In this document: positions 1 through 10,030 of the stretch, in pieces
Position numbering within the stretch: the stretch's first letter is position 1
How the letters are laid out: every line of letters starts with the position of its first letter
Source: Candidatus Latescibacterota bacterium
GTDB taxonomy: Bacteria; Latescibacterota; UBA2968; UBA8231
Reading direction: 5' to 3'
DNA: 64,000 bases
NCBI GenBank assembly: GCA_965208105.1
Contig: OZ242318.1
Location: 3,552,001-3,616,000 of the forward strand
Program-made: the position numbers and the translations under genes
The notes under the pieces: generated by a model
Databases searched by the model: none
Told to the model about the DNA's origin: nothing
Seen by the model: the letters and a program-made list of their open reading frames with translations, nothing else

Positions 1-531
1 CTTTCATGCGCCAGCGAAGAGGGACAGATGGTCGTCTCTTCCTCCAGGCCCTTCGGCTTCTACGTGCTGAGCTGCATCTACCTGGCCGCCGGCGCCGGCA
101 GCCTCGAGCTGGCCTCCAAAGATCCACGGGTGCAGCCGCGGCTCGACTACAACTACCTGGCCGAAAGCTTCGACCGCGAGCGCCTGCGCGAAGCCGTGCG
201 CATCACCCTGGACCTGCTCGAGCACCCGGCCTTCAAGGAGATCGTCGCGGAGCGCATCGGCCCCACAGATGCCGAGCTGGGATCGGACGACGCCATGGAC
301 GCCTGGATGGCCCGCGTCATAGCAACCAGCCACCACGTCTCCTCCACCTGCAAGATGGGGCCCGCATCCGACGCCATGGCGGTGGTGGACCAGCGCGCCC
401 AGGTCCACGGATTGGAAAATCTGCGCGTGGCGGACGCCTCCATCATGCCCGACTGCGTGCGCGCCAACACCAATGCCTCCACCATGGTGATCGGGGAGCG
501 CGTGGCCGATTTCATCCGCCAGGGACGTTAG
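1..531 (+). CDS. GMC oxidoreductase (choline dehydrogenase-like), C-terminal part, truncated by window edge
   Basis: Frame open from base 1; GMC C-terminal motifs DPRVQPRLDYNYL, HHVSSTCKMG, VVDQRAQVHGLENLRVADASIMP, ANTNASTMVIGER. Confidence 0.9.
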   Translation, partial: LSCASEEGQMVVSSSRPFGFYVLSCIYLAAGAGSLELASKDPRVQPRLDYNYLAESFDRERLREAVRITLDLLEHPAFKEIVAERIGPTDAELGSDDAMDAWMARVIATSHHVSSTCKMGPASDAMAVVDQRAQVHGLENLRVADASIMPDCVRANTNASTMVIGERVADFIRQGR

Positions 532-581
532 TGGGTCGAGTCCGCGCCGGGGCGGATTCCCGGTCCGGCAGCGGGAATGGG

Positions 582-1586
582 ATGAGCATGGAGAGACGCA
601 GGATGGGCAGCACCGATCTGATGTGCTCGCCGGTGGGTTTCGGCACCTGGGAGATGAGCACCACCATGTACGGGGAGATCGACGTGGATGCCGCCGGCCG
701 CGCCGTGAACGCGGCCATCGACCGCGGCATCAACCTCTTCGATACGGCGGAGGTCTACGGTCCCTACCACTCCGAGAGACTGCTGGCCGGGGCGCTGGGG
801 GACCGGCGCGGCGAGGTGATCCTGGTGGACAAGGTGGGCTTCGAGTACGACGCCGAGGGCGGGATCCTCGGAACGAACTCCAGCTACGGTTCGGTGATCG
901 AGCACAGCGAAGGGTGCCTGCGCCGCATGGGGACGGACGTCATCGACCTCATGCTCATCCACTGGCGCGACCACCATACTCCCCTCGATGAAACCATGCG
1001 CGCCCTCGAGCAGCTCAGGAGCGACGGCAAGATCCGCTACTACGGGGTCTCCAACTTCGACGTGGCCATGATGGAGACCTGCCGCCGGCACGGTGCGCCG
1101 GCGGCTAACCAGGTCGGCTACCACCTATTCGACCGGCGCATGGAGGCGGAGGTCCTGCCCTATTGCAGCGGGCACGGCATCGGCTTCATGGCCTACGGCA
1201 CCCTCGCCTTCGGCCTGCTCACCGGCGCCTTCACCCCAAAGACCACCTTTCCCGCCGACGATTGGCGCAGCTACATGCCCGCATTCGGCCTGCCCCTCTT
1301 CGAGCGCGGCCACTTTCTCAAAGAGCTGCGGGTCGGCAGGCGCCTCGCCGAGCTGGCCGCCGGCCACGGCAAGACCCTGCCGCAGCTGGCCATCGCCTGG
1401 GTGCTGGGAAACCCTGCGGTCTCGGTGGCCCTGGTGGGTATGCGCGACGAAAGCGAGCTGGAGGAGAACGCGGCCGCCACCGACTGGAGCCTCTCGGAGG
1501 AGGACCGCGCCCGCATCGACCGCATATTCGCCGAGGAGGGCGTGCCCACCAACGTCGGCGCGCCCCAGCTGCTCCACGCTCCGTAG
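582..1586 (+). CDS. Aldo/keto reductase
   Basis: GFGTW, GINLFDTAEVYG, IDLMLIHW, GKIRYYGVSNF, QLAIAWVL. Start reassigned to ATG 582 because the upstream part of ORF 6..1586 overlaps the GMC gene. Confidence 0.92.
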   Translation: MSMERRRMGSTDLMCSPVGFGTWEMSTTMYGEIDVDAAGRAVNAAIDRGINLFDTAEVYGPYHSERLLAGALGDRRGEVILVDKVGFEYDAEGGILGTNSSYGSVIEHSEGCLRRMGTDVIDLMLIHWRDHHTPLDETMRALEQLRSDGKIRYYGVSNFDVAMMETCRRHGAPAANQVGYHLFDRRMEAEVLPYCSGHGIGFMAYGTLAFGLLTGAFTPKTTFPADDWRSYMPAFGLPLFERGHFLKELRVGRRLAELAAGHGKTLPQLAIAWVLGNPAVSVALVGMRDESELEENAAATDWSLSEEDRARIDRIFAEEGVPTNVGAPQLLHAP

Positions 1587-1780
1587 AATCTGAAAGGGCA
1601 ATTCCGGCTGATCCATCGGTGGCGCCCCCGCGCCGGATTTGATGGCGCGGGAAGGAGGAATTGCCCGCTGAAGGCGCACTCACCGCATCGCGCCCTGATT
1701 CCTCGAGGGGAGGTAGGCAGGGGAGGGTGCGGCCAGGATCCATTGCCCGCGGGGCGCAGCCGCCGCGGAGGAAGGCTGAT

Positions 1781-2824
1781 ATGAAAGAGATTCGCGCCGC
1801 GCGCTGGACCCCGGCGCGCGAGCTGGAGATCGACGCATGCCGCCTGGCCGATCCCGGCCCCGGCCAGGCGCAGGTGGAGGTCCAGAGCGCCGGGATCTGC
1901 GGCTCCGACCTGCACTTCTTCCGCGGCGACTTCGCTCCTCGCGACGGCATCGTGCCCGGGCACGAGTTCGGCGGGGTGGTCAGCGCCCTGGGAAAGGGAG
2001 TGAATCACGTGCGTGAAGGAGATGTGGTGGGGGTCGAGCCGATTCTGCGCTGCGGCAAGTGCTCCAACTGCCGCAGCGGCCGCTACCACGTCTGCGCCTC
2101 GCGCCGGCTCATCGGGGAAGATGCCGACGGCGGCATGTCCGAGCTGGCCAACGTGCCGGGCGATACGGTATTTGCCGCCCCGGCGGGGATCGACGCGGAG
2201 CTGGCCGCCCTGGCCGAGCCCCTCGCCTGCTCGGTCCACGGCTTCGCCCGGGCGCGGCTGCGCGCCGGAGAGACGGTGCTGGTCATCGGCGCCGGGTCCA
2301 TAGGCCTCACCGCGCTCCTGGCGGCAAAGGCCGCCGGCGCCCGCACCCTGGTCCTCGCCCGCCACCCGCAGCAAAGGGAGGCCGCACAGATCCTGGGAGC
2401 GGACGAGGTCCTGGGTGAAGACGAGGGCGGCCGGGAACGGCTCGCCGCGCTCTCCGGGCAGGATGCGATCGACGTCTGCGTCGAGTCCGTCGGCGGCCAC
2501 GCCGACACCATCCTCCAGGCCCAGCGCGCCGTGCGCCGCCAGGGCCGGGTGCTGGTCCTCGGCAGCTTCGCCGTGCCCACCGCGAGGCTGGACCCGGGAC
2601 ACCTGGTCGAAAGGGAGATCGAGATGATCGGCTCGGTGGCCTACGGCGCTCCGGGGGACCGCGCCGAGTACGCCATGGCCCTGGAGCTGCTGGCCGACTG
2701 CGCCGACCGGGCGCGCTCCCTCGTGACCCACCGCTTCGGCCTGGAGCAGGCCAACGAGGCGTTCGCCGCCGCCCTGGACAAGTCGAGCCGGTCGATCAAG
2801 GTCCATCTCAATCCGAGCGCCTGA
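1781..2824 (+). CDS. Zinc-dependent alcohol/polyol dehydrogenase (MDR family)
   Basis: GICGSDLH, GHEFGG, structural Zn CGKCSNC..C, GAGSIG; GGAGG upstream of ATG 1781. Confidence 0.93.
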   Translation: MKEIRAARWTPARELEIDACRLADPGPGQAQVEVQSAGICGSDLHFFRGDFAPRDGIVPGHEFGGVVSALGKGVNHVREGDVVGVEPILRCGKCSNCRSGRYHVCASRRLIGEDADGGMSELANVPGDTVFAAPAGIDAELAALAEPLACSVHGFARARLRAGETVLVIGAGSIGLTALLAAKAAGARTLVLARHPQQREAAQILGADEVLGEDEGGRERLAALSGQDAIDVCVESVGGHADTILQAQRAVRRQGRVLVLGSFAVPTARLDPGHLVEREIEMIGSVAYGAPGDRAEYAMALELLADCADRARSLVTHRFGLEQANEAFAAALDKSSRSIKVHLNPSA

Positions 2825-2832
2825 ACAAGGAT

Positions 2833-3081
2833 ATGTGAGCTGCCGGGCGCGCAGGCATTCCCTCGCTGATTCGCGAATCGAACACCTTCTCCGGCACGCC
2901 TACCACCCTGGACCTCTACCGCCGCAATGGATTGCTGCAGGGTGGGTCGATCCGCGAACGGTTCGCGGAGGGGCACCACGGGATCAGCGGATTCCTCGAG
3001 GGCCTGGCGGCGGCGGACATGAGCGGTTTCGAGTGCCGCCACGGGCGCCGGCCGCTCTACCCGGTGGAAGGGATCGCATGA
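2833..3081 (+). pseudogene. Internally deleted MlrC / M81 metallopeptidase remnant
   Basis: One frame reads AGIPSLIRESNTFSGTPTTLDLYRR...HHGISGFLEGLAAAD (MlrC-like N-terminus, ESNTF) joined directly to MSGFECRHGRRPLYPVE* (MlrC-like C-terminus). ATG 2833 is followed immediately by TGA. Confidence 0.7.
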
Positions 3082-3123
3082 GGATTGCCGGGGAAGGGGG
3101 TGCGGAGACGGGAGGACCGGGCC

Positions 3124-3957
3124 TCACTCCTGCAGGATGCCGCGCACGATGCGCGCGTTCATTCCCACCTGGTCGGCGTGTTTTTGATACATGCCCACGT
3201 TCACCACGTCGTTGTCCTTGATGTGGTCGAAGGCGTACCGGAACGCCCCTCTGACTTCCTCCTCCGAACCGCACTTGCGCGAGGCGGCGAGGATTTTGTA
3301 GGCGATGCAGGGCTTCTCGGTCTCGCGCGCAAAGCGGGTGGCGATGTCGCGGTCGCAGTCGTCGAAGGGTTCCTCGACCATCCTCCCTCCCGCCAGCATG
3401 CTGCTGCGGTCGATCTTGGCGATGTTGTAGAAGCAGACCATGTAGAAGTCCACGTCCCAGCCCTCGTCCTCGACGTAGCGCAGGACCTCGGGCATGTGGC
3501 AGGCGATGCCAACCATCACTCCCTCGTCGCGCATGGCCTTCAGGTAGTCACGCGCCTGGTCGATCTTCCCCTCCTTCCACATGCGGTCAGTCATCGAGCC
3601 GTGCCAGTAGATGCCGATGGCGCCGCGGGCGGCCATATCCCGGATGTTCTCGAAGAGGTCCGGCTTCTCGCTGGCCGTCTGTGCGATCCAGTGCATGGCG
3701 CCTCCGGCCTTGCGGTAGGCGTCGACCATGGCAAAGACGATATCGTCGCCGCGCGACTGCATGCAGTTGATGCCGCACTCCTCGGCGCGCAGGAGGGTCC
3801 GCACCACGCGCTCGACCGTGTGGTAGGTCTTCATCTCTTCGTTGAGCTCGGGGCTGAGGTGGGAGTATCCGCGGAAGGGGTTGCCGCCGATGAGCAGGCG
3901 GGACAGCCGGGTGCCGCAGAAGTCGACGGTGGGAAGGAGGGCGGCGGCGGTGGTCAT
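3124..3957 (-). CDS. Aldo/keto-reductase-like TIM-barrel protein, uncharacterised
   Basis: LSRLLIGGNPF..SH N-terminus, KPCIAYKILAA, AFRYAF...VNVGMY; GGAG upstream. Confidence 0.75.
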   Translation of the reverse strand: MTTAAALLPTVDFCGTRLSRLLIGGNPFRGYSHLSPELNEEMKTYHTVERVVRTLLRAEECGINCMQSRGDDIVFAMVDAYRKAGGAMHWIAQTASEKPDLFENIRDMAARGAIGIYWHGSMTDRMWKEGKIDQARDYLKAMRDEGVMVGIACHMPEVLRYVEDEGWDVDFYMVCFYNIAKIDRSSMLAGGRMVEEPFDDCDRDIATRFARETEKPCIAYKILAASRKCGSEEEVRGAFRYAFDHIKDNDVVNVGMYQKHADQVGMNARIVRGILQE

Positions 3958-4157
3958 CAGCTAATGGATCTCCCGGATGATTGCTGCGGCTGGGCGGCGG
4001 TTTTTGCGGACGGTTGAGTGACGGGTGCGGTAGTTGACCGCAAGGGGGGAGATGCGATTATTGATCGTGCCTAATCTAATTTCGCGCAGGGTCTCAATCA
4101 AGAGAGCCGGCGCCCTGGGAGGGTGGCGTGGAACGATGAGCGTGGGGAGGAATCTGC

Positions 4158-4643
4158 ATGGGTAGGGTCTTGCTTGCAGCCATTGTCGGAATGGTGCTCG
4201 GCATAGGCGGTTTCACCTTCTATTACGGAGAGGGCCATTCCTATTTCAGCGAGAACCCCGAGGCGTGCATGAACTGCCACATCATGAAACCCCAATTCGA
4301 TTCCTGGCGGAAGTCGAGCCATCACACCCTGGCCACCTGCGTCGACTGCCACCTGCCCGCAGACGGTCCGGGCAAGTACCTGGCCAAGGCGGAAAATGGG
4401 TTCAACCACTCCCGGGCATTCACCATGCAGGACTTCCGCGAACCGATTTCGATCACGGGAAAGAACAGCCGCATCCTCCAGGAGAGATGCATCGCGTGTC
4501 ACCGGGCCCTGGTCCATGAGCTGGTTTACGTCGGCGGGACCGGCGCGGGACCGGTGAGTTGCGTCCACTGCCACCGCGGCGCCGGACATGGTGAGCGTGT
4601 TGGCCTCGGTGGACCCGGTCGCTTCAAGGAGGGGGAACGGTGA
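4158..4643 (+). CDS. nrfH: Cytochrome c nitrite reductase small subunit (NapC/NirT family tetrahaem)
   Basis: N-terminal TM helix; four haem motifs CMNCH, CVDCH, CIACH, CVHCH; [10 protein letters not shown]; directly upstream of nrfA. Confidence 0.95.
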   Translation: MGRVLLAAIVGMVLGIGGFTFYYGEGHSYFSENPEACMNCHIMKPQFDSWRKSSHHTLATCVDCHLPADGPGKYLAKAENGFNHSRAFTMQDFREPISITGKNSRILQERCIACHRALVHELVYVGGTGAGPVSCVHCHRGAGHGERVGLGGPGRFKEGER

Positions 4644-4646
4644 ACC

Positions 4647-6101
4647 ATGAATCTGAGACCGTCCGGATTGGGGACTAAGGCTGTACTCCTGATTGTCGCG
4701 GGTGTTGCGCTGGTTGCCGGGGCTTCGATCACGGCGCTTCTGGTCAACATCGTCGAGCGCAAGACCGAGGCCAGGAGCCCCTACCTGCTCCTGGTGGAGG
4801 TGGGCGAGGACGACACCGATCCTGCCAGATGGGGGACGAACTGGCCGCGCCAGTACGACTCCTACAGGCGCACCGCACGCGCGACCCGCACCCGCTTCGG
4901 GGGCCACGGAGGCAGTGAGGCCCTTCCCGAGCAGAAGATCGAACGCGACCCCTGGCTGCGGCGTATGTTCCAGGGATACGCCTTCTCCCTCGACTATCGC
5001 GACCGGCGGGGCCACGCCTACATGCTCGAGGACCAGGAGATTTCCGGGCGCCAGTCCAAGCCCCAGTCCGGCTCCTGCCTGCACTGCCATGCTTCCGTCA
5101 TGCCCCTCTACCGGAAGCTCGGAGAAGGCGATTCGATGAAAGGCTTCGAGAAAAGCCATGCTTACTCCTACCAGGATCTGAACCGGATGCTGCACGAGGA
5201 GGGGCACGCCCACCCGGTATCCTGCGTCGATTGCCACGATCCAGGCAACATGGGGCTGCGCGTCGTGCGCCCCGGTTTCATTCAGGGCATCCGCATGCTG
5301 GCGGACTCGGATGCTCCGGTTCCGCATCTGCCGTCGGTCGAACAGTGGCGCTTGGATGGCAAGACCCGGACCTACGACCCCAATGCCGAGGCAAGCCGCA
5401 CCGAGATGCGTTCGTTCGTCTGCGCCCAGTGCCACGTCGAGTATTATTGCGGCAGCGAAATGAAGCTGACCTTTCCCTGGGGTGAGGGGCTGAGGGTGGA
5501 GGATACCGAGAAGTTCTGGGACGAGACGAGCTTCGCCGGCGGAGAACGGTTTTTCGACTACGTGCACACCGAGACCGGGGCGCGCGTCCTCAAGGCGCAG
5601 CACCCCGAGTTCGAGCTCTGGAGCCAGGGCATTCACGCGCGCAGCGGCGTCTCCTGCGCCGACTGCCACATGCCCTATATGCGCGATGGGGCCAGCAAGA
5701 TCTCAGACCACTGGGTGAGGAGCCCCCTGCTCAATATCAATCGCGCCTGTCAGACCTGCCACCATTTCTCAGAGGAAGAAATTCAGCAGCGCGTCACCGC
5801 GATTCAGCAGCGCAACTTCGATCTCCTGCAGCGCTCCGCGGCGGCGCTCATGGACCAGTTCGACGCCATCGCCCGGGCGAGGGAAGAAGGCGCCACGGTG
5901 AAGGAGCTGAAGCAGGCGCTGGAATTGCAGCGCAAGGCGCAGTGGAGGCTGGACTTCGTTGCGGCGGAGAATTCGATGGGGTTCCATGCTCCCCAGGAAG
6001 CGGCGCGGATTCTTGCCGAGGCCGCCGACTTCGCGCGCCAGGGCCAAATCGCGGCCATGAGCTGGAAGACCGCGCAGAAGGAGAACCCCGGCCGCCGCTG
6101 A
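4647..6101 (+). CDS. nrfA: Ammonia-forming cytochrome c552 nitrite reductase, CXXCH variant
   Basis: [16 protein letters not shown], five haem motifs (CLHCH, CVDCH, CAQCH, CADCH, CQTCH), [22 protein letters not shown]. Confidence 0.95.
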   Translation: MNLRPSGLGTKAVLLIVAGVALVAGASITALLVNIVERKTEARSPYLLLVEVGEDDTDPARWGTNWPRQYDSYRRTARATRTRFGGHGGSEALPEQKIERDPWLRRMFQGYAFSLDYRDRRGHAYMLEDQEISGRQSKPQSGSCLHCHASVMPLYRKLGEGDSMKGFEKSHAYSYQDLNRMLHEEGHAHPVSCVDCHDPGNMGLRVVRPGFIQGIRMLADSDAPVPHLPSVEQWRLDGKTRTYDPNAEASRTEMRSFVCAQCHVEYYCGSEMKLTFPWGEGLRVEDTEKFWDETSFAGGERFFDYVHTETGARVLKAQHPEFELWSQGIHARSGVSCADCHMPYMRDGASKISDHWVRSPLLNINRACQTCHHFSEEEIQQRVTAIQQRNFDLLQRSAAALMDQFDAIARAREEGATVKELKQALELQRKAQWRLDFVAAENSMGFHAPQEAARILAEAADFARQGQIAAMSWKTAQKENPGRR

Positions 6102-6176
6102 GATACTCCCCGGAGAGATTCAGGCGCTCCCCTCCGGCTCCAATTTCCTTCCGTCCTCGTCCGCGTGCGGCCGCCC

Positions 6177-7517
6177 CTAGTCCAGCCTGAAGAAGGACCC
6201 GGCAATGTGGCGCACGATCTGGACCTCCTCGATGGGCTCCTCCTGGTCCTTGGCGCAGAACCAGTAGGCCACGAAGATGCGCCCGTCCTCCAGCTCGGTC
6301 AGCACCTGGTAGCCCAGGTCCCAGCTGTAACCGTCGCCGCGCACGACGAATTCTTCGCTCCAGGTTTCGCCCAGGTCCTCGCTCACCACGCCGCAGATGC
6401 CGCGGTTGCCCAGACTGGGGGTGCGCCGCGCGAAGAGGACGATGATGCGGCCGTCCCGCGTCACCAGGGCAGAGGGGCAACGGCGTCGATTGGCTCTGAG
6501 CGCATCGTTCAGGGGGCGCTCCGGCTCGGGGTCGGCCATGTTGCCGTAGTGACTCCCCGGGCTGGTCACGAAGCGCGGCTCCGACCAGGTCATGCCGTCG
6601 TCCTCCGAGAAGGCCACGCAGGGCATTTCCGGCGGATGCTTGTGCATGCAGCACATCAGGCGTCCGTCCGGCAGCCGGTGGACGCCTGAGTAGTTGAAGC
6701 CCACGCCCTTGACCCCCGGGGCGGAGCGGGTGAGGTGGCTGCTGACCCGGGCTACCTCGCTGCAGAAGGACCAGGAGACCCCGTTGTCGTAGCTGACGTA
6801 AAAGCACTGGGCGTGGCGCCAGTAGATGGCGCCGGTGATCCCCAGAACCCCGTTGTCGAAGCGCACGTGGCCGAGGTTGACGCCGAGATATCCAGCGTCG
6901 GGGGCCCACTCGGGGCTGTCGATCAGGGTCGCGTGATTTTCCCAGGTGCGGCCGCGGTCCCTGCTGCGCAGGCAGAAGGAAGGGGCGTGCTGCCGCCGTC
7001 CCAGGTCGAAGCTGGTCTCGTCTCTGCCGACGCCCCCGATGGGGTACTTGAGGTAAGTGCCGTGGCAGAAGTGGACGATGGAGTCGGGGTCGCCCAAATC
7101 GATCTCCTCGCGCTCGCTGCGCTCCCGCGGCCGCAGCCAGTCGAGAATCTCCTCTATGGAGCGGTCGTTGTGCCAGATCCACTGGCGCTGGTCCTCGGGC
7201 CAGGTCTCGCCGTGGTCGAAGGAACGGCTGATGATGCATCCCGATTCACTGCCCCAGCGCGGGTGCTGCCCCCACATGCTGCGTGGTCCGCCGCAGTGGC
7301 GTGCCCAGTATTTGTTGGGGCCTTCTCTCATGACGCTGTAGTCCATGGGCACCGCCAGGTAGGCGACGGCGATCTCGCCGTCGCCGAAATTCCAGATGCC
7401 GCCCCGGTTGGTGGCGTAGAGGTACATGTTCTCGTCGCGGTGCACGATGGTGTGGCGGAGGTCCTCGAGCTCCACCTTGCGCACCCCGACCCTGCGTTTC
7501 GATCCCTGATCTGCCAT
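6177..7517 (-). CDS. Sialidase-like BNR/Asp-box beta-propeller protein
   Basis: Five Asp-boxes (SFDHGETW, SRDRGRTW, SYDNGVSW, SEDDGMTW, SEDLGETW), DLGYQ; GGAGG before ATG at 7517. Confidence 0.85.
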   Translation of the reverse strand: MADQGSKRRVGVRKVELEDLRHTIVHRDENMYLYATNRGGIWNFGDGEIAVAYLAVPMDYSVMREGPNKYWARHCGGPRSMWGQHPRWGSESGCIISRSFDHGETWPEDQRQWIWHNDRSIEEILDWLRPRERSEREEIDLGDPDSIVHFCHGTYLKYPIGGVGRDETSFDLGRRQHAPSFCLRSRDRGRTWENHATLIDSPEWAPDAGYLGVNLGHVRFDNGVLGITGAIYWRHAQCFYVSYDNGVSWSFCSEVARVSSHLTRSAPGVKGVGFNYSGVHRLPDGRLMCCMHKHPPEMPCVAFSEDDGMTWSEPRFVTSPGSHYGNMADPEPERPLNDALRANRRRCPSALVTRDGRIIVLFARRTPSLGNRGICGVVSEDLGETWSEEFVVRGDGYSWDLGYQVLTELEDGRIFVAYWFCAKDQEEPIEEVQIVRHIAGSFFRLD

Positions 7518-7740
7518 TTTGCCGTCCTCCTCCAGTCGGTTCGCCGCCTGCTGCTCGAACAATCTACTTCCAATCTACTCCGAACCCGGTCTGTGGCAAG
7601 CCGGAGGGCCCCGATTGACCAGGATGGTCCCCGCTTGGCGCCCAGGCCGTAACCGGTCCAGAGGATCCACTGTCCGGGTCCGGGGCGGGTGCCGGGTGCG
7701 GTTGACCTTCAGGACCGGATTTGCTTCGTTCACTGACTCC

Positions 7741-9900
7741 ATGAAACGCGAGATCCCGGCGCAAATTCGCCGCCTCCTGGAGGGGCGCGACGCGTCGCCC
7801 GGCGAGGCCGCGGACAGGCGCGGCGGAGTGGGGCTGCGGGCCTTCCTGGTGGGGGCCGCCCTGAGCTTCTTCCTGGCGGTTGGCGCTCCGTACGCCATGT
7901 TGCTGGTGAAGGGTCCCTACCTTGCCCAGAACGCCACCGCATCGGGTGCCTTTCTGCTCCTCATCTTCATCGTCGGCATTCTGAACGCCCTGTTCAAGCT
8001 GGGGGCGCGCAGCAGTTCCGCGGCCATGACCCTTGCCTTGCTGGGCCTGGCCCTCTTCACGGCCGCGTTCTGGCCGCTGCGCGATCTCGACCCCCACTCG
8101 CCCCACCTGATTTTCTCCGCCATCCTCGTCCTGCTCCTGTTCCTCAACGCGGCGCTGAGGTGGCACGGCCACAGCCTGGCGCTCAACCGCGCCGAGCTGG
8201 TGCTGGTATACATCATGCTACTGGTGGTGTCGGCCGTGGCCACCCTAGGGCTGGGCACCATTCTGCTGCCGGTGGTCACCGGACTGTTCTACTACGCTTC
8301 ACCGGAGAACGGATGGATGGAGCGGCTGGTCCCGCATTTGCCCGGGAGGGCGGTTCTCGTCGACGACGGCAACCGCAACACCTCGTTCTACGAGGGGCTG
8401 GACCCGGGTCAGCAGGCGCCCTACGCGGCCTGGGTCGAGCCCTTGATCTGGTGGTCCATTTTTCTGGGGGCGCTCTACCTGTCGGTTATTTCGGCGGCGG
8501 TGATCCTGCGCCGCCAGTGGGTGGAGCACGAGCGCCTGCCCTACCCGGTTGCCCAGGTGCCCCTCGCCCTGTTGCAGGGCGAGGAGGAAGGCAGGCTGGT
8601 CAACGGCTTCTTCAAGAATCCGTGGATGTGGCTGGGATGCGCCCTGCCCCTGGTCATCGGCAGCCTGAGGGCTTGGAACGCCTACGATCCGGCGGTGGTG
8701 CAGCCGAAGGTTTTCTGGCTGTTGCCCATTTTCCACGTCGAGGAGCTGGTCCTGCAGATAAGCTTTCTCTGGATCGGCTTCTGCTACTTCATCAACACCA
8801 AGATCGTCGCCGCCATGTTGATCTTCCATATCCTCTTCAAGCTGGAAGGCTGGGGCCTGGCCGCCCTCGGCCTGCACGCCTGGCAGGGAGGGTCGATCGC
8901 CGGGTTCCGCGCCGCCCCCCTGCTGGTCTATCAGGGAAGCGGGGCCCTCATCGCACTGGTGCTGGCGGGCTTGTGGGTGGCCAGGGGGCATCTGCTGGGG
9001 GTGGTCCGCAAGGCGCTGGGGCGGGCGCCGGAGTTGGACGACGGCGGAGAGATCCTATCCTACCGCGCGGCCCTGGCGGGGGTGATTGCCGGGCCGTCGG
9101 TGATGGCGGGCTGGCTGTGGCTGATGGGAGTCCCAGCCTGGATCGCCGCCCTGTTCGTGGTGCTGCAGCTGCTGATTTTCACCGGGATCAGCCGCTATGT
9201 GGCCGAGGCCGGAATGGTGAGGATGGCCGCGCCCATCGCCGCTCCGAGCCTGGTGATCCACAGCCTGGGCTCGGGGTTGATCGGTCCCACCGGAGTGATA
9301 TCCCTGGCCCTGGGCACCTCCTGGAGCCTCAACAACACCATCAACCTGATGACCCTGCTGACCAACGGCCTGCGCCTGGTGGGGGAGATGGACCGGCGCA
9401 GCCGGCGCTGGGTCCTGGGCGCCGTGACCCTGGCCCTGACCCTGGGAATAGTCGGTTCGTTCTGGATGATCATGCACCTGGCCTTCAAGTACGGGGGGAT
9501 AAATCTGCACAGCTCCTACTTCGGCAGGTTCCCGCGCAGTGTCTTCAGCCTTGCCGCGGCCAGTCTGGACCCGGGCATGGTCTACTGGACCGGGTTGGGC
9601 TTCTTTGCCGGGGGAGCGGCTGTCATGGTGCTGATGATATGGGCGCGCCTGCGCTACGCCTGGTGGCCCCTGCATCCCCTCGGATTCCCCGTGGGCATGG
9701 TCATGCAATATTTCTGGCTGAGCATGCTGGTGGCGTGGCTGATCAAGACCCTGGTGCTGCGCTACGGGGGGGCGGCCGCCTACCGCCGCACCCAGCCATT
9801 CTTCCTCGGCCTCATCGCCGGGCACGTTCTCTGCACCGGCTCCTGGATAGTTGTCGACTCGTTCACCGGGATGACGGGCAACATCACCTGGCAGATGTAG
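7741..9900 (+). CDS. Polytopic membrane protein, DUF6785/DUF6784-like (putative transporter)
   Basis: Many TM helices; motifs LRAFLVG, RRQWVEHERLPYP, RYVAEAG, WWPLHPLGF, KTLVLRYGG, PFFLGLIAG. Confidence 0.8.
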   Translation: MKREIPAQIRRLLEGRDASPGEAADRRGGVGLRAFLVGAALSFFLAVGAPYAMLLVKGPYLAQNATASGAFLLLIFIVGILNALFKLGARSSSAAMTLALLGLALFTAAFWPLRDLDPHSPHLIFSAILVLLLFLNAALRWHGHSLALNRAELVLVYIMLLVVSAVATLGLGTILLPVVTGLFYYASPENGWMERLVPHLPGRAVLVDDGNRNTSFYEGLDPGQQAPYAAWVEPLIWWSIFLGALYLSVISAAVILRRQWVEHERLPYPVAQVPLALLQGEEEGRLVNGFFKNPWMWLGCALPLVIGSLRAWNAYDPAVVQPKVFWLLPIFHVEELVLQISFLWIGFCYFINTKIVAAMLIFHILFKLEGWGLAALGLHAWQGGSIAGFRAAPLLVYQGSGALIALVLAGLWVARGHLLGVVRKALGRAPELDDGGEILSYRAALAGVIAGPSVMAGWLWLMGVPAWIAALFVVLQLLIFTGISRYVAEAGMVRMAAPIAAPSLVIHSLGSGLIGPTGVISLALGTSWSLNNTINLMTLLTNGLRLVGEMDRRSRRWVLGAVTLALTLGIVGSFWMIMHLAFKYGGINLHSSYFGRFPRSVFSLAAASLDPGMVYWTGLGFFAGGAAVMVLMIWARLRYAWWPLHPLGFPVGMVMQYFWLSMLVAWLIKTLVLRYGGAAAYRRTQPFFLGLIAGHVLCTGSWIVVDSFTGMTGNITWQM

Positions 9901-9924
9901 GCGCTTTCCCGGCATACAAAACAG

Positions 9925-9953
9925 TTGACCGCGCCGCGGCAAAGCCCTATAAC
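9925..9953 (+). promoter_or_regulatory. Sigma70-like promoter for the PhyH-yiaK-uxuA-like genes
   Basis: TTGACC-17 nt-TATAAC in an intergenic gap, about 78 nt before ATG 10031. Confidence 0.55.
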
Positions 9954-10030
9954 TCCATGGGGAGGTGGTGGACGCGAGGGCATGACCCGTTCTCCGTTGC
10001 CCCGGACGGACCGGCCGGGAAGGAGAGGCC

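Noticed and set aside
6-581. Long N-terminal extension of the AKR ORF (likewise 13869-14558 for the thiolase and 62429-63715 for the FG-GAP protein), suggesting fusions
   Set aside because: The extensions are Arg/Pro/Gly-rich off-frame read-through of the neighbouring real gene, expected at high GC; internal starts fit the family N-termini.
4061-4074. Possible FNR box upstream of nrfH (TTGAT-N4-CCTAA)
   Set aside because: Only one half-site matches TTGAT-N4-ATCAA.
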